The position numbers were made by a program, and so were the translations under genes. This document shows positions 39,476-52,335 of a stretch of DNA of 63,911 bases, piece after piece. The notes beneath the pieces are model-generated. The model made no database searches. It was not told the origin of the DNA and worked only from the letters and a program-made list of their open reading frames with translations. Within the stretch, counting starts at the first letter, position 1. Each line of letters begins with the position of its first letter. The stretch is from Chiloscyllium plagiosum (Eukaryota): positions 147,885 to 211,795 of the forward strand of contig NW_025215379.1 in the NCBI RefSeq assembly GCF_004010195.1, written 5' to 3'.

Positions 39476-40901
39476 TTGGGAGCCTCCTGTGAAGCGCTTC
39501 TGTGATGTTTCCTCCGACATTTATAGTGATTTGTATCTGCAGCAACCCCTACCAAAAGAGGGAGTTTGACCCCACCCCACAGCTCACCAATAGGATAAAC
39601 AACTGAGGAACCTACAAAAAAACGGACAGATAACCAGGTTTGACCTCCAAAGAATGAAACCTGAAAGCAACAACACCCCCAGATTCTATGGACTACCTAA
39701 AGTGCACAAACCAGACATCCCACTCAGACCCATAGTATCNNNNNNNNNNNNNNNNNNNNNNNNNNNNNNNNNNNNNNNNNNNNNNNNNNNNNNNNNNNNN
39801 NNNNNNNNNNNNNNNNNNNNNNNNNNNNNNNNNNNNNNNNNNNNNNNNNNNNNNNNNNNNNNNNNNNNNNNNNNNNNNNNNNNNNNNNNNNNNNNNNNNN
39901 NNNNNNNNNNNNNNNNNNNNNNNNNNNNNNNNNNNNNNNNNNNNNNNNNNNNNNNNNNNNNNNNNNNNNNNNNNNNNNNNNNNNNNNNNNNNNNNNNNNN
40001 NNNNNNNNNNNNNNNNNNNNNNNNNNNNNNNNNNNNNNNNNNNNNNNNNNNNNNNNNNNNNNNNNNNNNNNNNNNNNNNNNNNNNNNNNNNNNNNNNNNN
40101 NNNNNNNNNNNNNNNNNNNNNNNNNNNNNNNNNNNNNNNNNNNNNNNNNNNAACTACGAAAGCAACCACCCCAACACACACAAAAGAAGTTGCATCAAGA
40201 CACTATTCAAAAGGGCCACAACACACTGCAGTACACCAGAACTGCAAAAAGAGGAAGAAGAACACCTGTACAATGTATTCGCCAACAACGGATACCCGTG
40301 CAATTTCATCAACAGATGCCTAAGGGAAAGACAACGGAACGAGGACATGCCGCAACCCAAAGGACTAGCCACACTAGCATACATCAAGAGCATTTCCGAT
40401 CTGACAGCCAGACTACTGCGACCACTAGGACTCATAACAGCACACAGACCAACAGCCACTCTCAGACAACAACTCACCAGGACGAGGAGCCGATACCCAG
40501 CATGAGCAAAACCAATGTAGTGTACAAAATCCCATGCAAGGACTGCACAAAACACTACATAGGACAAACAGGAAGACAGCTAACGATCCGCATCCATGAA
40601 CACCAACTAGCCACGAAATGACATGACCAGTTATCCTTAGTAGCCACACACTCAGATGACAAGCAACATGAGTTCGACTGGGATAACACTACTATTATAG
40701 GACAAGCCAAACAGAGAACAGCCAGGGAATTCCTACAGACATGGCATTCATCCACAGATTCAATCAATAAGCACATCGACCTGGATCCAGTATACCGGCC
40801 AGTGCAGCGGACAGCTGAAACTGACAACCGGAAGCGGCAGATACAAATCACTATAAATGCCAGAGGAAACATCACAGAAGCGCTTCACAGGAGACTCCCA
40901 A

Positions 40902-40941
40902 GCACTGAGGATGTCACCTAGACAGGGGACAAAACGTCTGC
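40902..40941 (+). ncRNA. Hammerhead motif in the 3' pseudo-LTR, G12A mutated (probably inactive)
   Basis: gca-CUGAGGA-U-GUCACC...GGGGAC-AAAA-CG-UC-ugc. Confidence 0.65.
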
Positions 40942-42346
40942 AACACAAATTCCCAGCTCGGCGAACAGAACCACAACAACGAACAGCCAAGCTACAAATC
41001 TTCTCACAAACTGAAATTCTTGGAAGATTATTATCAATGTATCTACTTTCAGTGTAGCTCCTTTTTATATCCTAGGAATCATCCCATCAGATCCAGGGAA
41101 CTTAACAGTTTGAGCTCCCTCAGTTTCCCTTGCACTTTTTCTTTAGTGAAAGTTTTCTGTTTGTTTCTTCTCTTCCTTTTACCCCTTGATTAATCAGTAA
41201 TATTAGAATGATATTAGAGTCTTTTAATGTGAAGACTGATGCAAAATATTTATTTAACTCCTCTACCATTTTCTGGTCTCCCCAATCTTCCTTCCCCAGT
41301 CTCTACCTCTAAGCAATCTGTTGCCTTTCTTCCTTCTTATATATTTAAAGAATCTCGTGCTTATTATCTTGGTATTACCTGCTAGCTTACGCTCAATGTT
41401 TATCTGTTCCATCTTTAACATTGTTTGGTTAATATTTATTGGTTCTTAAAATTTTTCTGTCCTTCGGCTTACTTCTAATCATTGCCACATTGTAAATTTT
41501 TTATCTTTCAATTTGATGCATTCTTTAACTTCTCTGCATAACTATGGCTGGCTTATTCCTTTCCTAGAATCTTTCTCCTTCACTCCTTCACTTATTGTGA
41601 GTTATGAACTATTTTCTTAAGTATTTGTCATTGTTCCTTAACTATAGTTTTCTGTTAAACTCCTGTTCCTGGTCTATTCCAGCTTGCTCCGCCCTCATTG
41701 TTTTATAATTACCCTTATTTACATTTAGCACTGTTGTTTGCAACCTATGTTTCTCCCTCTCAAACTGAATGTGTAAGTCCACCATGTTACGATTACTGTT
41801 TTCCATGGGATATTTTACTCTGACATCGCTTATTAAACATGCACCATTACACATCACAAGATCCAAAATAGCCTAATCCCTGTTTGGGATCCACAACATA
41901 TTGTTCGAGGAAACTGTCCCAGATACGCTCCATGAATTCACATGGCTACTTTTGTTAATCTGATTATCCCAATTTACGTGAACATTAAAGTCAATCATGA
42001 TACTGCCATTTTTATGTGCTATCATTGTCTCCTGAATTATTCTCTATCCTACTGTTAAGCTAATTCTAGGGTCTATTAATTACTCCTCCAAAAAGTTTCC
42101 TCCCCTTTGCATTTCTTACCTCCACCCATGTATGTTCTACATCCTCCAATCCGAGATCATTTCTTCCCGTTGTATTTCATCTTGTACCAATAATCCTTCC
42201 TTTCTTTCTTGTCTGGCCTTTCAAAAAGCTACATACCAATGAACATTTATTCCCAGCTCTCTCTGATTTTCTCAGCAGGCCTGTTTTGTGCTTCAGCTGA
42301 AACTTTATTGCTGGAAGCAGGTCAGGCAGCATCTAGGGAACAGAAG

Positions 42347-42382
42347 ATTCGACGTTTCGGGCACATGCCCTTCTTCAGGAAT
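42347..42382 (-). ncRNA. Minimal type-I hammerhead ribozyme motif, intact
   Basis: Exact inverted copy of 42551-42586. Confidence 0.85.
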
Positions 42383-42550
42383 GAGCAGAGAGTGTTCAGC
42401 AGGAGAAGATAAAAGGTAGGGAGGAGGGACTTGGAGGAGGGGCGTTGGAAATGTGATAGGTGACTTGGAGGAGGGGCGTTGGAAATGTGATAGGTCCTCC
42501 AAGTCCCTCCTCCCTACCTTTTATCTTCTCCTGCTGAACACTCTCTGCTC

Positions 42551-42586
42551 ATTCCTGAAGAAGGGCATGTGCCCGAAACGTCGAAT
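42551..42586 (+). ncRNA. Minimal type-I hammerhead ribozyme motif, intact
   Basis: auuc-CUGAAGA-A-GGGCA-UG-UGCCC-GAAA-CG-UC-gaau; helix I AUUC/GAAU is perfect. Confidence 0.85.
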
Positions 42587-43739
42587 CTTCTGTTCCCTAG
42601 ATGCTGCCTGACCTGCTGTGCTGTTCCAGCAATAAAGTTTCAGCTTTGATCTCCAGCGTCTGCAGACCTCACTTTCTCCTGTTTTGTGCTTCATCCTAGC
42701 ATCATGTCTTGTCATGCCAACTAGTGTGTCGTGACTTATTAACAACAGTAAATTTAGGCACAACTTTCCAACTTGCTTTACCATACCCATGATTCTCTGG
42801 ATTTCAGTCACCTTGTGAGGAGCAGGAAAATCCCTGATTGCTCATCTCTTGTGGATCAACTCTGACATCAGTTACAAAATATCACCAAGAGCTTGACAGT
42901 GTTGAGAATTCACAAATGTCCACAAAAAGAACAATTTCAAAATCTGCTGAGATAGCAACAACATTAACTTTATTCAAGAAATATTTTACTGCACTTAAGT
43001 TATGAAGATGCCTCATTTATTTTTTTGCTTGTGGATTGATGTTTAAAGGATTTAGGACTGTGGTTCATTTGGAATGCAGAAACATACCATTTTTTAAATT
43101 GGTCATTAAAAGGACACTGGGACAGATCTTTAAAGACACAGGACTCAAGTGTGAACTTACTTACAGGAAACGCTTGTCTATGTTAATGGCTTTATTTGGT
43201 TGTTGTTTGATGTTCAGTTGGGTTACAGCCTGCTGAGAGAGGAGCTACATGCTTTGTGAGAAACCCCTTTTAAAGGGTTTAGTATGAGAAAAGAATGGGC
43301 GACATTGTGGCTCAGTGATGAGCACTGCTGCCTCATGGGTTTGATTACAGTTTGGTTCTTGGAACACTAATTTGGGTCTGCTCCTGTAAAATTTCCAAAG
43401 TCTCAAGAATTCCTGAACAAATTGCCAAGGTCCCAGTGACAATTTGTCTGTATTTAGTAACACATGCCTTTGTGTGCCAGGGCAGTAGGCGAAAGCTATC
43501 TTGAACATTTCATACCTTATCATGTTTTCTTTCAAAAACCGGCAATTAATGGCCAAAAATTTTATCTTTTTTTTCTTTAATTGGTCTATGTCTTTGCTTG
43601 GGAAGGGGTTATTATCCAGAAGGTTGAAAATTTATGGATCAAACTCTTCTGTGAATCAGCTGAAAGAACAAAAATATGAACTTTATTCTTATTCTCTTTG
43701 TGTTTGCTGAATAAGACCCCTGCTTTCACAGTAAAAATA

Positions 43740-44285
43740 AACCCAAGCTTCCAGTGGTCTGCCATTTTGATACACCACCATATTCCCTCAGACTTGCTGC
43801 AGTGAGCTCCACACAAGCTGGAAGAACAACATCTTATTTTCCCCTTGGGGACTGTGCAGCCTTCTGGACTCAATATTGAGTTCATTGGTTTTAGACACTG
43901 AATGCCTCCTTCCATGTCATTTAACCACCACCACCCCCCCCGCGCAACGCCCTGTCAACATGGGCTGCTTTCAGCACAGCCAACCCATTTTCACCTACTC
44001 ATTGTCCCCATTATCATTTTTCTTCTTCCCTGGCTTACTACAAACCATCCCTTTGTCTGCCTAACTTCCTTGCTGTTTCTCTCTGGGTTCCATCTCTACC
44101 TATCTGCTCATTCCACTCCCGTCCCATCCCATCCCCTTTCATCCATTCTAATCTTCTACCAGTTCTGAAGAAGTGTCACTCAACTCAAAAGATTAATTCT
44201 GCTTTGTCTCCACAGATACTGCTGAGTTTCTCCAGCAATTTCTGTTTTTGCCTCAGTACTTCAGCATCCTCATTTTTTTGTATTA
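43740..44285 (+). mobile_element. PLE 3' remnant with a decayed family D terminus
   Basis: KLEEQHLIFPLGTVQPSGLNIEF; GTTCTGAAGAAG...TTAATTCTG. Confidence 0.75.
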
Positions 44286-45496
44286 TTCTGGTAAATAATT
44301 CTGTTGTTTATTCAAAAGCCTTCTTTTTTATCATTCAAAATCTAATAAAGATAAAATCTGTAATTGGCCGTATTGGTAACTTGGTAAAGCATTTAAATTT
44401 ATGCCAGCACTGATGGCATGATGGGCTAGAGAGCGACAGTGCATTTTCCAATCTCAGCCGTCATACATCATGTTGCCACTAGAGTGAGCAAATCATCTAA
44501 TATTGCATCATTTCCATGATGATGTTTTTTGTCTCTTTAGGATGTCATACAATCAGAGTCATGCTACAATGGGAAAGTTTTGCTTTGGCTTTTTGATCAA
44601 ATAGTTTAGAGTTTAGCTTGTGAAACAGTGAAGTAAATTTTGAGGCATTTTTGGGGGGAATGGAAAGGGAGAATACCCTTGCCTCTTTTTTAAAAGGATG
44701 TGTTTGTACCAGACACAGCTACAGTGTTGTCAATGTAAACCCAGCAGATTTAAATAACCGCTCAGTGATTGCCTTGTTTACTTCTGTTTACTGTCAGCTA
44801 TACTGTTTACTGCACTTTTGACAGTAGTAATTTTCTTTAACACTGATGTACAGGATTAGATACAAAATATTTCATGAATGTGTCTAGCTCTCAATGAATT
44901 AAGTGTTGCTATTGTGTTTATTGAAACATATAAGTTTCAATTGAGAACTTCCAAGATTTTATTTTTGTCTCATTTCTATTATGTTCAAAAAGGCTGCAAT
45001 CCAGGGATTAGAAACGCTTCACTCTATGATTGGAAAAGCAATATCTATATATGGATACAAAATTGCAAACCTGAAGCAATCTTCCTTCCTGAGTTGGCTG
45101 TATTTAGAATGTTAAAATAAACACTTCATTTACAGCATCATGATATGGTATTTGACAAAAGTAAAGTGGAAGTCACTTGAAGTTAAATCAGTGTCAGAGC
45201 AGTGGAATTATTCAAGGAGGAAATAACAATGAGTCAGAACAAATACATTCCCACAACCAAAGGCTGGAATTCACATTTCAATACTTCCCCAGATTTTGAA
45301 GAGAGTGCAGTATAGGAAAGACTCAGACGTGGTATTCCAGAACTGATTTCCACCACCAAGAACTACCTTGGTAACTTTATGTTCCTTAATTCTCCAGCTG
45401 TCCTATGTGTCTATTAGCTTCATTTCAGGCAAAGAACCAGCTCTTACCAGCATTCCACTTGGCTGTTAACACAAAACAGTTTTTAACTGATTCCCA

Positions 45497-46330
45497 CAGT
45501 AGTGTTGATGTAGTGGCAACATTGCTGTAGATCAGAATCTCAGGCTAATCTCTCTGGAGATATAGGTTTGAAGCCCCCCCTCCCCATAACAGATGGGTGC
45601 AAATTGATTTTCTTTTAAAATTCGTTCAAAATTAAAAATCTAACAGTGACCATGAAACTATTGTTATCTGTTTAAAAAAAAATCTAATTCACTAAAAGGG
45701 AGAGAAATCTGTTGTCCTTACCTGGTCTGGCCTGCACATGACTTAAGGTTCACAACAATGCTCTCCGAAATGTTCGAGCAAAGCACAGTTTATTTAACTG
45801 CTAGTAAGTATCAATAGAGGAATGAAACTGATGGACCACCTGCGTTGATCTAAACATCAGGACAGACAATGGCAAAATCATGTCTGTTGACCCTGCAAAG
45901 TTCTCCTTACTAACATCTGGGTGCTAGCGACTAAATTGGGAGGGCTGCCTTACAGCCTAGTCAAGCAACAGCATGACATGGTTATATTAGTGGAATGAGA
46001 CCTTACAGGCAATGTCTCAGTTGCTACCATTTTCATCCTTGGGTATGTCCTGTCCCACCAACAGAACAGACACAGCAGAGGTGGTGACATGGTTTTATAT
46101 ATTTGGAAGAGAATCCCAATGTGGACTCCATACTCCATGAAATCTCACAACATCAACTCAAACGTGGGCAAGGAAACCACCTGCTGACTACTGAGTACCA
46201 GCCCTATTCCCAGGCTGATGAATTAGCACTTCTCCGTATTGGGATACTCTCAAAGGAAGGACTGATGCGGGATGTGTTTTGGGTGAATGACTTCAATGTC
46301 CAACACCTCCGGGAACTTCACTACTGATCA
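45497..46330 (+). mobile_element. 5' part (tRNA-like head plus EN) of the second LINE family
   Basis: Homologous to the reverse complement of ~38500-39310. Confidence 0.7.
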
Positions 46331-46349
46331 AGGAGTTAAGACCTAGAAG

Positions 46350-46689
46350 GTGGTTTCATTTTTTTGAGACTTTGTAATGATTGGTACAACTGAATGGCTT
46401 GCTTGGCCAGTTCAGAGGGCTATTCAGAGTTAACCATGTTGCTGTGGGTCTGGAATCACATGTAGGCCAGATCAGGTGAGGATAGCAGATTTCCTTCTCT
46501 GAAGGACATTAGTAAACCAAATGGGTTTTTCTGACAATGGACATCTGTAGATTCTTATTTCCAATTTTTTTTAAATTATTGAATTTAAACTCCACCATTT
46601 AACATGGGGGGTTTTGAACCTGGGTCTCCATATTAGTAGAGTATCAGGATTAATAGTCTAGCGATAATATCACTAGGCTATCATTTCCC
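46350..46689 (-). mobile_element. 5' head of the same LINE family in the opposite orientation
   Basis: Box A-like TAGCCTAGTGA and box B-like GGTTCAAAACC; aligns with 38960-39310. Confidence 0.7.
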
Positions 46690-46945
46690 TTTAAAGGGAT
46701 TTGGTCTGGTATCAAAGATGATATTTCCATTTGTAAGGGAGAAGCTAGGGGTGAATATAATTTTTTTAAATCAATTATTCCAATAGGGAATTCTAAACAC
46801 TCCAAAATGTAGCCAGATTGGGAAACTCAGTGTCACAAAAAATAATGCAGATAAATAGTACAGATGTATTTATGCTGAACCTAGGTAAGCACATGAGGGA
46901 GAAAGGAATAGAAGAATATGTTGGTAAGGTAAGGTGAAAAAGATG

Positions 46946-47174
46946 AGGAGAAAGTGAGGACTGCAGATCCTGGTGATCAGAGTGAGAGTGTGGTGCTGGA
47001 AAAACACAGCAGGTTAGGCAGCATTGGAGGAGCAGGAGAACCGATGTTTCGGGCATAAACCCTTCATCAGAAATGAGGGCCTTCCTGATGAAGGGCTTAT
47101 GCCCGAAACGTCAATTCTCCTGCTCCTTGGATGCTGCCTGACCTGCTGTGCTTTTCCAGCACCACTCTGTCAAC
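46946..47174. mobile_element. Palindromic family A PLE terminus, older copy
   Basis: CTGATGAAGGGCTTATGCCCGAAACGTC at 47085-47112. TSD TAAGRTGAAAAAGATG at 46930-46945 and 47175-47190. Confidence 0.88.
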
Positions 47175-47392
47175 TAAGATGAAAAAGATGTCGGGGTGTT
47201 CATGTGAAGCATAAAAATAATATTTTTAATCAACCAGTGCAGATATGCTATGACACACATTCTTGGCAGGAAAGATTTAAATTCAAATGTTCTACTCTAT
47301 GAATGGGATTCTTAGCACTGCCCTTACAAGGCACCCACATGCAGCTTGACCTCACCATCTTCAACTGCTTCATCAATTACTTTTCCCCCGCT

Positions 47393-47735
47393 CATAGAAT
47401 CCCTACAGTGTGGAAACAGGCCCTTCAGCCCAACGTCCACACCGAGCCTCTGAAGAGGAACCCACCTACACCCCTTTCCCGAACCTATCACTCTACATTT
47501 ACCCCTGACTAATGCACCTGACCTACACATCCCTGAACACTATGCGCAATTAAGCATGGCTAATTCACCTAACCTGCACATCTTTGGACTGTGGGAGGAA
47601 ACCAGACCACCCGGAGGAAGCCCATGCAGACACGGGCAGAATGTGCAAACTCCACACAGACAGTCGCTCGAGACTAGAATCGAACCCGAGTCCCTGGTGC
47701 TGTGAGGCAGCAGTGCTAAACAATGAGTCACTGTC
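47393..47735 (-). mobile_element. HE1-type SINE
   Basis: Reverse match to the HE1 head, V-domain and tail. Confidence 0.88.
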
Positions 47736-48467
47736 ATGGGGTTAGAATTGGGATTTTCACTGATGACTGGGTGGTGTTCAGCATCACTGGCACGTTTGGC
47801 TAAAAATACTTGTTCATTTGAACTACTTCAGTTAAGGATGGACTGCTTCATTTTCCTTGATGGAGAATTTAAATATTTTCATTCCAAGTTTATCCCAGAG
47901 GAAAACAAAGCTGTCAAATACAAAATAAATTATTCAGTCAGCTGTCAAAATCAGAACACCCTTATGTTTTATCCATTCTGAAAGAACTGTCTGTGTTTTG
48001 AGTTTAGCGTTTTTTATGCAAGAGCAGATATGTTCTTCTGTCATTGTTAACAATGTCAGATAACATAAGCTGAGCTGTTGTTTGTATTAATCATCATCAT
48101 TTATGATAATTTGAGTTTCAGATAAATCATAGTTTGAAAAGCAAAATTGAAATGGAAGTAATGAATATTGGAATCTTACGTAAAAATGACAGCACTAAAA
48201 TCGATTTGAAATATAGTTCGAATCCGAAAGGTTAACCAAGAGGTTGTCATTGCAAGAATGCCTGTAACCATTATGATGTTTTTGTAATCCACTTCAACAA
48301 CAATCTTTTATGCATTTATTAAGAAAATCTATTTATTTTCACATACATCCACCTCAAATTAAAGCAATGTCACACATATAGTCTCTCTCGCAGGCACATG
48401 CACAAAGACTGAATATGGGTAAAAGTAGTGCACTTTCACAAATTGCAGTTAATTCAGTCTCTAGTTT

Positions 48468-49005
48468 TAGAATCATAGAATCCATGTAGTTTGGAATCAG
48501 GCCTTTTGGCCCATTGACTTTACACCAACCTTCCAAAGGGCACCCCATCCAGACTTACCCCCTATACCCTGCATTTCACATGGCTAATTCACCTAGCCTG
48601 CATGTTCCTGGACACCACGGGCAATTTAGAATGGCCAATTCACCCAACGTACACATAGAAATCATAGAAACCCTACAGTGTGGAAACAGGCCCTTCAGCC
48701 CAACAAGTCCACACCGACCCTCTGAAGAGTATCCCACCTATCCTATTACTCTACATTTGCCCTGACTAATGCACCTAACCTTCACATCCTGGAACATTAT
48801 GGGCAATTTAACATGGCCAATTCACCCAACCTGCACTTCTTGATCTTTGGATTGTGGGAGAAACCAGAGCATCTGGAGGAAACCCAAGCAGACATGGGGA
48901 GAATGTGCAAACTCCAAACAGACAGTCGCCCGAGGCTGGAATCAAACCTGGGTCTCTGGCACTGTGAGGCAGCAGTGCTAATCACTGAGCCATTGTGCCA
49001 CCCAT
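48468..49005 (-). mobile_element. Two adjacent HE1-type SINE pieces (3' fragment plus full copy)
   Basis: The tail occurs twice, at ~48468 and ~48655. Confidence 0.85.
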
Positions 49006-49094
49006 TGACATAGAAGATATTCAAAACTAGCAATGCCTTCCAATTAGATTTACAAGTTATATTACAGTGCAGCTATAAAGAAACATAATATGAA

Positions 49095-49505
49095 ACAAAG
49101 AACCGCAGAGATTGAAGGTCTGAAACAAAAACAGAAATTGCTGGAGAAACTCAGCAAGTCTGGTAGGACATATGGAAAGAACATAGAGTTAACATTTCAA
49201 GTCTGGTGACTTTCCATCAGAACTGTTAGCAGCAGGGAACAAACATGTATTTATGCTGAAGCTGAAATTGGAGGATGTGTATGTGCGTACATGAGCATCT
49301 GTATGCCCAGATAGGTGGAGACAAAATCCAGAGAGAGAAAGATATGAAAGAGATAGGTAAAAAACAATCTTTGGACTGTGGAGGAAACCAGAGCACCTGG
49401 AGGAAACTCATGCAGAGCAAACTCCATACAGATAGTCACTCAAGGATGGAATCGTACCTCATTCCCTGGCACTGTGAAGCAGCAGAGCTAACCACTGAGC
49501 CACCA
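49095..49505 (-). mobile_element. Family D PLE terminus followed by an HE1 5' fragment (49367-49505)
   Basis: Minus strand reads gttCTGATGGAAAGTCACCAGACTTGAAATGTTaac, followed by HE1 V-domain sequence. Confidence 0.65.
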
Positions 49506-51256
49506 TTTTCCATATGACAGCTCCATAAAAAGGATTATTAAATGAATTTGATGCTTTGAAATTGAAGTAAGAGTCTTAAAAAGTGAAGGGTTCTCATTGT
49601 GTTATGAAGTTTCCTGTAAATCATTATCTAGGAATAAGGAATTTTAAAAATCCGGCATAGTGTTTTTGTGTTGGCTTATCCTTGAGCAATGATATATGAA
49701 TTCCACACATGGCTGTGAGGTACTCTCAACTATGTCCATGTTTATTTTAGTATTTCCTAGTGATTTGCTGCTGTCTATATTCCAAAAGCAAAAGTCACAT
49801 TATTTGGGGAAGCCATCTTAACAGCTTGCTCATGCCTAATTTTTAAAAACGGGTGGCTGAGAATTCACAATATACGATGGCAATGACAAAGTGTTATGGT
49901 TAAGATTGTAGTTAAATAATATTGTTCTATTTGACCACTATATCTTGATTTTTTGCTATTTTTATGATTTTGAATACATCTTCATTTTGTGTACATTTTG
50001 ATTGTGCAGATAGAGAGAAATTGTACCCATGGTGGGAGAGTTGAGAATGAGACAACACAGAATTAAACTGATTGGCGGAGGAAAGAAAAGCAACATGAGG
50101 AAAACTAACATTTTTATGCAGCAAGTGATTATGATCTGGAATACACTGCCTGAAAGGATGGTGGACACAAATGAAATTTCATAACGAGCTGGACAAACAG
50201 CTCAAGGAGAAGGATTTTCAGGGTGACTTATCACTCTGTGCAACTTGAATTCAGTGCTGGGAGAGTGATGAATTGATGGATTTAAGTGAGGAGGAGAAGG
50301 ACCTTTCTTTTAACTTTTTCATCTTGTAGAAATTGGTTATTACTTTTACCTTTAAGTATTCCATTTATAGGCACAAGAGAGCAAGTTCTCATTGACATTT
50401 TCAGGAAAGAAAGAGGTTATTTGACCTATCGTATCTACGCCACCCAACAAAGGTCTGACCACACTATTCCTGTTTCCAGCTCTGGCTGATAGCTCTGGAG
50501 GCTGTGGCAATACAAGAGAATACCTAACAGTTGTTTGGATATTATGAGATTTTCTGACACACCCTCTTGTTCAGATAGTGAGTTACAGAATCCCAAAAGG
50601 TTTTGAATGTAAAACATTCTCCTCAACCCCCTTCTTAGCCTTATACCTCTTATCCTAAATCTGTCTCTGATAAATCCACATCTTATTAAAAGCTGATATA
50701 TTCTGCTCTTCAGAATTCTAATAATTTCTTCACCTTGGAGATAAAATTGACTGACCTGTATTTCTAAGTCTATTTTTACCCTTTCTTTTAATAATAAGAC
50801 AATGTTAGCAGTCCTTCAATCCTTTGACACCTTGTGTATGGCCAGAGAAGATTGCCAAAGTCCCGAATATTGCTTCCTTTGCCTTCCTCAGCAGCCTGGA
50901 AAACATTTCATCTGGCTATCGGACATATCCATTTTTAAGGCTAAATCTTCTCATATCTCCTTTCTCTCGATTAATTTCTTATGATATTTCATAATCCTCC
51001 GTGTGATGTCTATACCCGAACTTTCAATTATGAAGACCGACACAAAGTATTCAGTGAGGACTCTGGCCACATATTGCGTGTCTACACACAAATTACCTCC
51101 AGGGTGAGCAATTCTACTTGCTCATTTTTAATGTCCAGTTAATAATAAATATTTTACAGCTGCACAGGATAGATGAAAGGAGAGTGATAGAATGACAGTG
51201 ACTTCTTGTGGTCTCGTGGGTATGGCCCTCTTTCTGAGCTAGGAGGCCCAAGTTCA

Positions 51257-51349
51257 TTCTTGATGAAGGGCTCCTGCCCAAAACGTTGATTTTCCTGCTC
51301 CTCGGATGCTGCCTGACCTGCTGTGTTTTTCCAGCAGCACGCTAATTTT
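51257..51349 (+). mobile_element. Solo family A PLE terminus inserted in a tRNA-like SINE head (~51200-51420)
   Basis: Starts TTCTTGATGAAGGGC. TSD GGCCCAAGTTCA at 51245-51256 and 51350-51361. Confidence 0.82.
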
Positions 51350-51487
51350 GGCCCAAGTTCAAGTCCCACTTGTGCCAGAGGTGTGAAATAACATCTCTGA
51401 ACAGTTCGATCAGAAAAGTATCTGGGAAAAACTGTAGAATTGAGGATTTGCTATTTTATGGAACAATCGGATATTTCTGCGGCCCCA

Positions 51488-52335
51488 CATAGGAACAGGA
51501 GTAGACCACTCAGCCTCTCAAGCCTGTTCCACCATTCAATGAGCTTGTGGCCTAACTAATACCTGCCTTTGAGATCCTCAAGTCTCTTTGGACATTTTCT
51601 GTGTTTAACTTAATACGTCTAGAAAGTAAACTGATCTAGCCTTTTTCGGTCCAAAATGGATAGCCTCGCACTTGCTTATATTGAACTCCATTTTCTACAG
51701 TTTTACCCATTCACTTAATCTATCAAAATCCCTTTTGTGCTATTATCTACAGTGCCATGTAACATTATTGCCAAATATTGCCAAATTTGGACCTATAACT
51801 TTTTATGTCACTATCCAATTCAAAAATAAGTGAAAAATTGAGGCCCTAACACAGATTCTTGTGGGACCCCACTGGTCACATCCTGCCAACTTGAGTACCT
51901 ATCCGTTTTCCCTGCCATTCAACCAGTTTTCCAACCATTTTGATAATTTATCTTCAAATCTGTGGGCTTCTACTTTAGTTAACATTCTCTAATGTGGGAC
52001 GTTATCAAATGCCTTCTGAAATCCATAAAACAACATCAAGAGACATTCCTCTATCCTGTAACTTATTCACCTCTACAAAAAAATTCCATGAAGTTTGTCA
52101 AGCATGACCTACCTGTCATGAATTCATTCTAGATCTTCCTAATTAACTGAAAATTTTCAAAGTGCCCAGTTACCCCATCCTTGATTATAGACTTCAATAA
52201 TGTCCTCACCATAAACGTTAGGCTAACTGGTCTGTAATTCTCAGGTTTTCCTTTTTCAGCCTTCTTAAAAAAGGCTCGTGACTTGAGCAATTTTCCAAGC
52301 CAGAGGAGTGACTCCTGTATCTAAGAAACACTGAA
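51488..52335 (-). mobile_element. Decayed CR1 RT/3' fragment; a plus-strand CR1 ORF1 esterase relic follows (~52340-52760)
   Basis: DFQKAFDNVPH and NYRPVSL relics; then CFLGTRVKDI and VGIND. Confidence 0.7.

Larger units (their letters stand above)
39400..41015 (+). mobile_element. Penelope/Poseidon-type PLE, 5'-truncated, with an inverted upstream pseudo-LTR
   Basis: RT (PRFYGLPKVHKPDIPLRPIV, SNHPNTHKRS) and GIY-YIG (NVVYKIPC...YIGQTGR). 39400-39540 is an inverted copy of 40837-40980. TSD ATTCTTGGAAGATT at 39386-39399 and 41016-41029. Confidence 0.95.
42296..42677. mobile_element. Palindromic family A PLE terminus with two intact HHR motifs
   Basis: About 140 bp arms around a central 34-bp tandem duplication. 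TSD CCTGTTTTGTGCTTCA at 42280-42295 and 42678-42693. Confidence 0.92.

Noticed and set aside
44520..44640. Splice-acceptor-like TTTTTGTCTCTTTAG|G, possible host exon
   Set aside because: No recognisable peptide, no convincing donor and no partner exons.
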